Below, in pieces: positions 61,996 through 64,000 of a DNA stretch of 64,000 nucleotides. Origin of the DNA: an uncultured Gammaproteobacteria bacterium (lineage in GTDB: Bacteria; Pseudomonadota; Gammaproteobacteria; JAGOUU01). Under the pieces are notes generated by a model. The model saw only the letters and a list, made by a program, of their open reading frames with translations, was not told the origin of the DNA and ran no database searches. The translations under genes and the position numbers were made by a program. Positions within the stretch are counted from its first letter, which is position 1, and every line of letters begins with the position of its first letter. Location of the stretch: the NCBI GenBank assembly GCA_963977185.1, contig CAXBNV010000004.1:51848-115847 (forward strand). Reading direction: 5' to 3'.

Positions 61996-62202
61996 ATGGA
62001 TAAGAAAACAAAAGCCTTAAATCAAAAGCAAGCAAATGCTGAAAAAGTATATAAAATAAATCAAAATAATTTACCAGTATGTTGTCCAATGCCTGACATG
62101 GTTATTTGGAATTCACACCCAAGAGTTTATATTCCTTTAGATAAAACTAACCTTAAGGATATGTGTCCATATTGTGGCGCACAATTTGAATTACAAAGCT
62201 AA
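61996..62202 (+). CDS. Small (68-aa) zinc-ribbon-like protein
   Basis: Two Cys pairs (VCCPMPD ... CPYCGAQF). The stop overlaps the waaG start. Confidence 0.4.
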   Translation: MDKKTKALNQKQANAEKVYKINQNNLPVCCPMPDMVIWNSHPRVYIPLDKTNLKDMCPYCGAQFELQS

Positions 62203-63377
62203 TGATTTTAAATTTTTGCTTGTTTAAGTATTTTCCTTATGGGGGAATGCAGCGTGATTGCTTAAGATTAGCAAAAGCGTGCTATGACGCTAATTATGAA
62301 GTAAATATTTATGTTATAAAATGGCACGGAATAAAGCCTGAAGGTATCAATGTTTTAGAATTTCCTCAAAAAAATTTTCATAATTATAAAAAATATCAAA
62401 ATTTTAATACACAAGTATTAGAATATATAAATAAAAAATTTTCAAAATCAGGAATTAAAAGCTTAAATATTGGTTTTAATAAAATGCAAGGCTTAGACAT
62501 TTATTATGCAGCCGATGGATGTTTTATTACTAAAAATCAAAAAAGATCATGGATTCATAGGATAACAGGTAGATATAGATATTTCAAAAAGATGGAATAC
62601 GCTGTATTTGGTAATGCTAATGATGATAACATTAAAAATACTAATATTTTATTTTTGATAGATAAACAAAAGCAAGTTTACCAAGATTATTATAAAACTG
62701 ATAATAATAGATTAAATATTATGCCACCAGTAATCGAATCTATAGATTTTATTCGAGAACTAAATGAAATAATATCAGTTAATGGTTCAAAATATAAAAA
62801 TGATTATAAAGAAAAATTATTTCAAAAATTAAATATTGATTGTCCTAAATATTTATTTTTATTAATAGGATCAGGATTTAAGACGAAAGGTCTTGATAGA
62901 ATTTTGTATGGTTTAAGCTATTTAAAACAGCAGGGTTTAAGTAATTTTAGATTGCTTGTTATAGGAAATGATAAAGCTTCAAGCTTTACTGCATTAATAA
63001 ATAAATTGAAATTAGGTAATCATATTACTTTTACAGGAGGTAGATCAGATATTATTGAGTTAATGCACATAGCTGATTTATTATTGCATCCTGCATATAA
63101 TGAAAATACAGGTAAAGTAATTATTGAAGCATTAGCATCAGGTTTACCAGTTATTTGTTCTGATTCATGCGGATTTGCAAAGTATGTGACAAATTCAGAT
63201 GGAGGGATAGTTATTAACAATTTTACTCAAGATAAATTTAATGCTAATTTATATGAATTAATAATAGATGCAAATAAGAGATCACATTTTTCCCGAAATG
63301 GAATAAAATATGGGACTAACTTTCAAAAAGATTCAGATGCTAATAAATTATTAGAGGTGATAAATAATTTTAAATAA
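62202..63377 (+). CDS. waaG: LPS core glycosyltransferase, GT4 family (WaaG/RfaG-like glucosyltransferase I)
   Basis: N-terminus MILNFCLFKYFPYGGMQRDCLRLA parallels E. coli WaaG (MIVAFCLYKYFPFGGLQRDFMRIA). C-terminal LLLHPAYNENTGKVIIEALASGLPV. Confidence 0.75.
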   Translation: MILNFCLFKYFPYGGMQRDCLRLAKACYDANYEVNIYVIKWHGIKPEGINVLEFPQKNFHNYKKYQNFNTQVLEYINKKFSKSGIKSLNIGFNKMQGLDIYYAADGCFITKNQKRSWIHRITGRYRYFKKMEYAVFGNANDDNIKNTNILFLIDKQKQVYQDYYKTDNNRLNIMPPVIESIDFIRELNEIISVNGSKYKNDYKEKLFQKLNIDCPKYLFLLIGSGFKTKGLDRILYGLSYLKQQGLSNFRLLVIGNDKASSFTALINKLKLGNHITFTGGRSDIIELMHIADLLLHPAYNENTGKVIIEALASGLPVICSDSCGFAKYVTNSDGGIVINNFTQDKFNANLYELIIDANKRSHFSRNGIKYGTNFQKDSDANKLLEVINNFK

Positions 63378-64000
63378 TGTTATATTTAGAAAAAACTTTT
63401 AAAAATAATTTAATTAGTGATGATGTAAAAAATAATAATTCTAATTATGCCTTTGATAATATTTTATCTTACAAAGGCCAAGTTGTAAGAAATGTTGCAA
63501 ATAGAACGACTGTAAAAATAAAGATAGGTAATTCTGAATATTTTATTAAGCAGCATAATGCTCAGACTTATAAGGCTACTTTAAAAGAAGTATTAAAAAA
63601 TTTTTTAGCTTTTAAAAAACCAGTTTTAAGTGCATTAAATGAAGTTCAGGCTATCTGGCAATTAGAAAAATTAGGAATTGATACTTTAACAGTATCAGGA
63701 TATGGTTTTCAAAAAATAAATTTGTTTAAAAATAAATCTTTTATTATTACTGAAAGTTTAGAGCCTGCAATGGACCTAAATGATTTAAATAAAATTGTTA
63801 AAGGTTTAAATTCGAAACAAAGTTATATATTAAAAAGAAATTTGATAAAAAAAATAAGTAAAGTAACTAAAAGCATGCATGAAAATTATTTAGTGCATCA
63901 AGATTTTTATTTATGTCATTTTTTATATAAAAATGATAAGTTATTTTTAATAGATTTACATCGGATGCAAAAAGTTAATAAATTATTTTTTAACTACAGA
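63377..64000 (+). CDS. LPS core kinase (Kdo/WaaP family). Partial, 3'-truncated by the window end.
   Basis: Open frame starting at the ATG overlapping the waaG stop (TAATG). Contains LVHQDFYLCHFL, resembling the catalytic-loop region of LPS kinases. Not in the ORF track because it runs off the window. Confidence 0.45.
   Translation, partial: MLYLEKTFKNNLISDDVKNNNSNYAFDNILSYKGQVVRNVANRTTVKIKIGNSEYFIKQHNAQTYKATLKEVLKNFLAFKKPVLSALNEVQAIWQLEKLGIDTLTVSGYGFQKINLFKNKSFIITESLEPAMDLNDLNKIVKGLNSKQSYILKRNLIKKISKVTKSMHENYLVHQDFYLCHFLYKNDKLFLIDLHRMQKVNKLFFNYR

Overview
This ~64 kb chromosomal window comes from a visibly very AT-rich gammaproteobacterium (base composition not computed). The proteins are Asn/Ile/Lys-rich and there are many TTG/GTG alternative starts. 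GroEL is closely HtpB-like with a C-terminal GGM repeat, and a legiolysin-type 4-hydroxyphenylpyruvate dioxygenase is present. Together these point to a Legionellales-like, probably host-associated organism. This placement is an inference from protein resemblance, not a database result.

Four things stand out.

- **Satellite element.** A 12.8 kb P4/PICI-like integrative element sits in the 3' end of tRNA-Asn, flanked by exact 38-bp direct repeats (41818-41855 and 54576-54613). It carries a tyrosine integrase, an AlpA-type regulator, a split CHC2 zinc-finger plus Toprim/DUF3987 primase, a small-terminase-like gene and a KilA-N protein. Its main cargo is a 1515-aa Upf1-like SF1 helicase fused to a C-terminal DUF559/Vsr-like nuclease. 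I consider this a candidate single-gene anti-phage defence.
- **Paralog array.** Three unannotatable ~590-aa paralogs lie in tandem, followed by a small RNI-type leucine-rich-repeat protein. Two copies form a recent mosaic 1.9 kb tandem duplication, and a fossil of the duplication junction is still visible.
- **Contiguous T2SS.** A complete gspC-D-E-F-G-H-I-J-K-L-M operon lies in one block, followed by an unusual polytopic membrane gene.
- **Effector-like proteins.** A eukaryotic-like CX5R phosphatase-domain protein and several orphan Asn-rich proteins (one with a HAD-like N-terminus) look like candidate translocated effectors.

The housekeeping content is hppD and a FAH-family gene, cydAB, an APC permease, ispB, asmA-like, yggX, tRNA-Phe, bcp, uvrA, an MFS transporter, ssb, aspC, a DAACS symporter, aroB, groESL, waaG and a partial LPS kinase. 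No CRISPR array, rRNA, IS element or transposase was seen.
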